A stretch of DNA of 30,447 nucleotides from Kiritimatiellia bacterium. Lineage in GTDB: Bacteria; Verrucomicrobiota; Kiritimatiellia; SLAD01. Below the pieces are notes generated by a model that worked only from the letters and a program-made list of their open reading frames with translations, was not told the DNA's origin and did no database searches. Shown piece by piece: positions 28,668-30,447 of the stretch. The number at the start of each line of letters is the position of its first letter. The stretch's first letter is position 1. Where the stretch lies: the NCBI GenBank assembly GCA_007126995.1, contig SLAD01000341.1:1-30447 (forward strand), in the 5' to 3' direction. The translations under genes and the position numbers were made by a program.

Positions 28668-29663
28668 TTAGCGGGCCCCGACGACCGTGGGCGGCATCGT
28701 TTCGCGAATCACATAGGTGCGCTTGTTCTGCGATTCGTGGTAGGTACGAATTTGGATCTCCGCCAGCAAGCCCATGCTAATGAACTGAACGCCGAGAAAC
28801 ATCAGCATCGTGGCGGAAACCAACCAGAAGGGGCGCTTCACCAACTCGGAGGCCAAGGTGGTGTCAAAAAGCAAAAAGGAAAGATGGCCGCCAATCATGA
28901 TCGCGAACAGCAGCAAACTGGGAATCGTAAAGAAGAGGCCGATCTTGCCGAACATCTGCATGGGTCCCATGCTGTAACGCAACAGGAATTTCACCGTGAT
29001 GAGATCCAGAATCACGCGAAAGGTGCGCGAGATGCCGTACTTGGACTGTCCATGCTGCCGGGCGTGATGCCCCACCACCACCTCATCCAGACGACCACCG
29101 ACCCAACTCGCCAACGCCGGAATGAAGCGATGCATCTCGCCGTATAAATGCACGTCGCGAATAACTTCGCGGCGATACGCTTTGAGCGTGCACCCGTAAT
29201 CATGCAAATAGACGCCGGTGATACGACTGATCAGCCAGTTGGCGATGATGGAGGGCAACCGCCGATTGACAAACGGGTCTTTACGATCTTTGCGCCAGCC
29301 ACTGACCACGTCGTAGCCCTCGTCCATGCGCGCCAGTAGGCGCGGAATATCGTCGGGATCGTTCTGTAGGTCGGCATCCAAGGTTACCACGACTTCCCCT
29401 TCCGCGGCATGAAAGCCGGCGCTCATGGCGGCCGTTTGCCCGAAGTTGCGGCGAAACCGGATCGCCTGCAAGTGGGGATACCGCTCAATGCATGCTTGCA
29501 GCTTTGGCCAGGTTTGGTCGGTGCTGCCGTCGTCCACCAAGATCACCTCGTATGCGCGATTGGTTTGGGACAGCGACTGGTGCAAGCGCTCACAGAGCAG
29601 CTCTATGCACTCTTCTTCATTGTAAACAGGTATGACAACCGAAACATCCACGGATGGCCTCAC
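28668..29663 (-). CDS. GT2 polyprenyl-phosphate glycosyltransferase (ArnC/GtrB/DPM-like)
   Basis: 331 aa with VIPVYNEE, VDDGSTD, FRRNFGQ, DADLQND, DYGCTLKAY and two C-terminal TM helices. Confidence 0.93.
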   Translation of the reverse strand: MRPSVDVSVVIPVYNEEECIELLCERLHQSLSQTNRAYEVILVDDGSTDQTWPKLQACIERYPHLQAIRFRRNFGQTAAMSAGFHAAEGEVVVTLDADLQNDPDDIPRLLARMDEGYDVVSGWRKDRKDPFVNRRLPSIIANWLISRITGVYLHDYGCTLKAYRREVIRDVHLYGEMHRFIPALASWVGGRLDEVVVGHHARQHGQSKYGISRTFRVILDLITVKFLLRYSMGPMQMFGKIGLFFTIPSLLLFAIMIGGHLSFLLFDTTLASELVKRPFWLVSATMLMFLGVQFISMGLLAEIQIRTYHESQNKRTYVIRETMPPTVVGAR

Positions 29664-29748
29664 TCATGGTTAACGTGAACGGGCATCATGCAACCAAATG
29701 ACAAAAAAGGCAATGCCGAGCCCGCAGGGAGTCGCGGTTGGGTCATCG

Positions 29749-30447
29749 TTATTCCGCCCAGCGGGCGCGGTCGCTGAAAAATATTTGTTCCCTGCCGATC
29801 AACGGCACCGCCTGCGGCAAGGGGAAATCACCCGGGATGCGACCATCCAGGATGGGAACCCATGACTCATACGCATCGGATTGCAGTCCGCGGGTATACG
29901 GCTGATCGCGTGTGATAGGGGTAAAATATAAGCCGCTGAATCGATGCATAAAGTCGTTGATGTCATAAAACTGCTCGACCGTTTTGGGCAGCAACACGGA
30001 CACACGATCGCCATACCACGCGGTTGCTTCCGGCATATCCGTACAGAGCAATTCGTCCGGCCGCAACATGCCCGCGACGAAGGAGATCAAGCGAGGCATA
30101 TAGGGCGGGTACGGCGGCATCGTGCGCGGCGGCATGAGCGCAAAAATCATCGGCAAGATCAGCAGCAGAATGAGCGCTCCGATCACCGCGTTGCTGGCGA
30201 GCTTCAACTGCAATTGCATGCGGTCGAGCAACAACATGAAAAAGGCCAACGCATAAATGATGACGAGCGGCCAGAACATCAGCGCTGCCGAAAAGACGGC
30301 TTCACCATACACCGCGCCGATCACCAGCATCAATCCCATGGACAGCGCGATCCCCCAACGCAGGGCATGTACGGGAAAATGCACGAACCGATAAAAGAAA
30401 GTGGTGAGGAAGATGGCCATCATCAAACCATCCCCAAACGTGAGCAG
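29749..30447 (-). CDS. 5'-truncated polytopic membrane protein with C-terminal soluble domain (possibly GT-C/ArnT-like)
   Basis: The frame stays open from the window edge (LLTFGDGLMM...) to the stop at 29749. Several TM segments are followed by CTDMPEATAWYGDR. The GT-C call rests only on topology and GT2 adjacency. Confidence 0.65.
   Translation of the reverse strand: MLTFGDGLMMAIFLTTFFYRFVHFPVHALRWGIALSMGLMLVIGAVYGEAVFSAALMFWPLVIIYALAFFMLLLDRMQLQLKLASNAVIGALILLLILPMIFALMPPRTMPPYPPYMPRLISFVAGMLRPDELLCTDMPEATAWYGDRVSVLLPKTVEQFYDINDFMHRFSGLYFTPITRDQPYTRGLQSDAYESWVPILDGRIPGDFPLPQAVPLIGREQIFFSDRARWAE

Overview
GC-rich bacterial window, roughly 60% GC by eye. Gene content and protein styles suggest the PVC group (Kiritimatiellota/Verrucomicrobiota-like), but this is a low-confidence inference. 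Order: (i) 182-1728, a nucleotide-sugar epimerase and a rhodanese-domain gene. (ii) 1828-18402, a divergent sugar-catabolic island. Its minus arm carries a PHP-domain protein, a SorE-like Zn reductase and an SrlD-like SDR. Its plus arm carries DeoR, a RhaB-family kinase, a HAD hydrolase, a PaaX-like gene bracketed by two identical 18-bp palindromes, a second DeoR, E2, E3 and fused E1 of an atypical 2-oxoacid/acetoin-dehydrogenase-type complex, fucI and a mutarotase-like protein. (iii) 18669-30447, housekeeping genes: surA-like PPIase-pdxA-rsmA, a DASS transporter, pssA-psd, a 7Fe ferredoxin, a HicA remnant with intact HicB, DUF502-recO, thiL, a CPBP protease, a GT2 and an edge-truncated membrane protein. 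Two leads stand out. (1) A fucose-type isomerase and kinase occur with no aldolase in the window, but with a carbonyl-shifting reductase/dehydrogenase pair and an acyloin-cleaving-type ThDP complex. This suggests an aldolase-independent 6-deoxyhexose pathway to acetyl-CoA plus a tetrose phosphate (inference). (2) The palindrome-bounded PaaX/Cas2-like cassette interrupts that island. No database searches were run; all assignments come from motif recognition.
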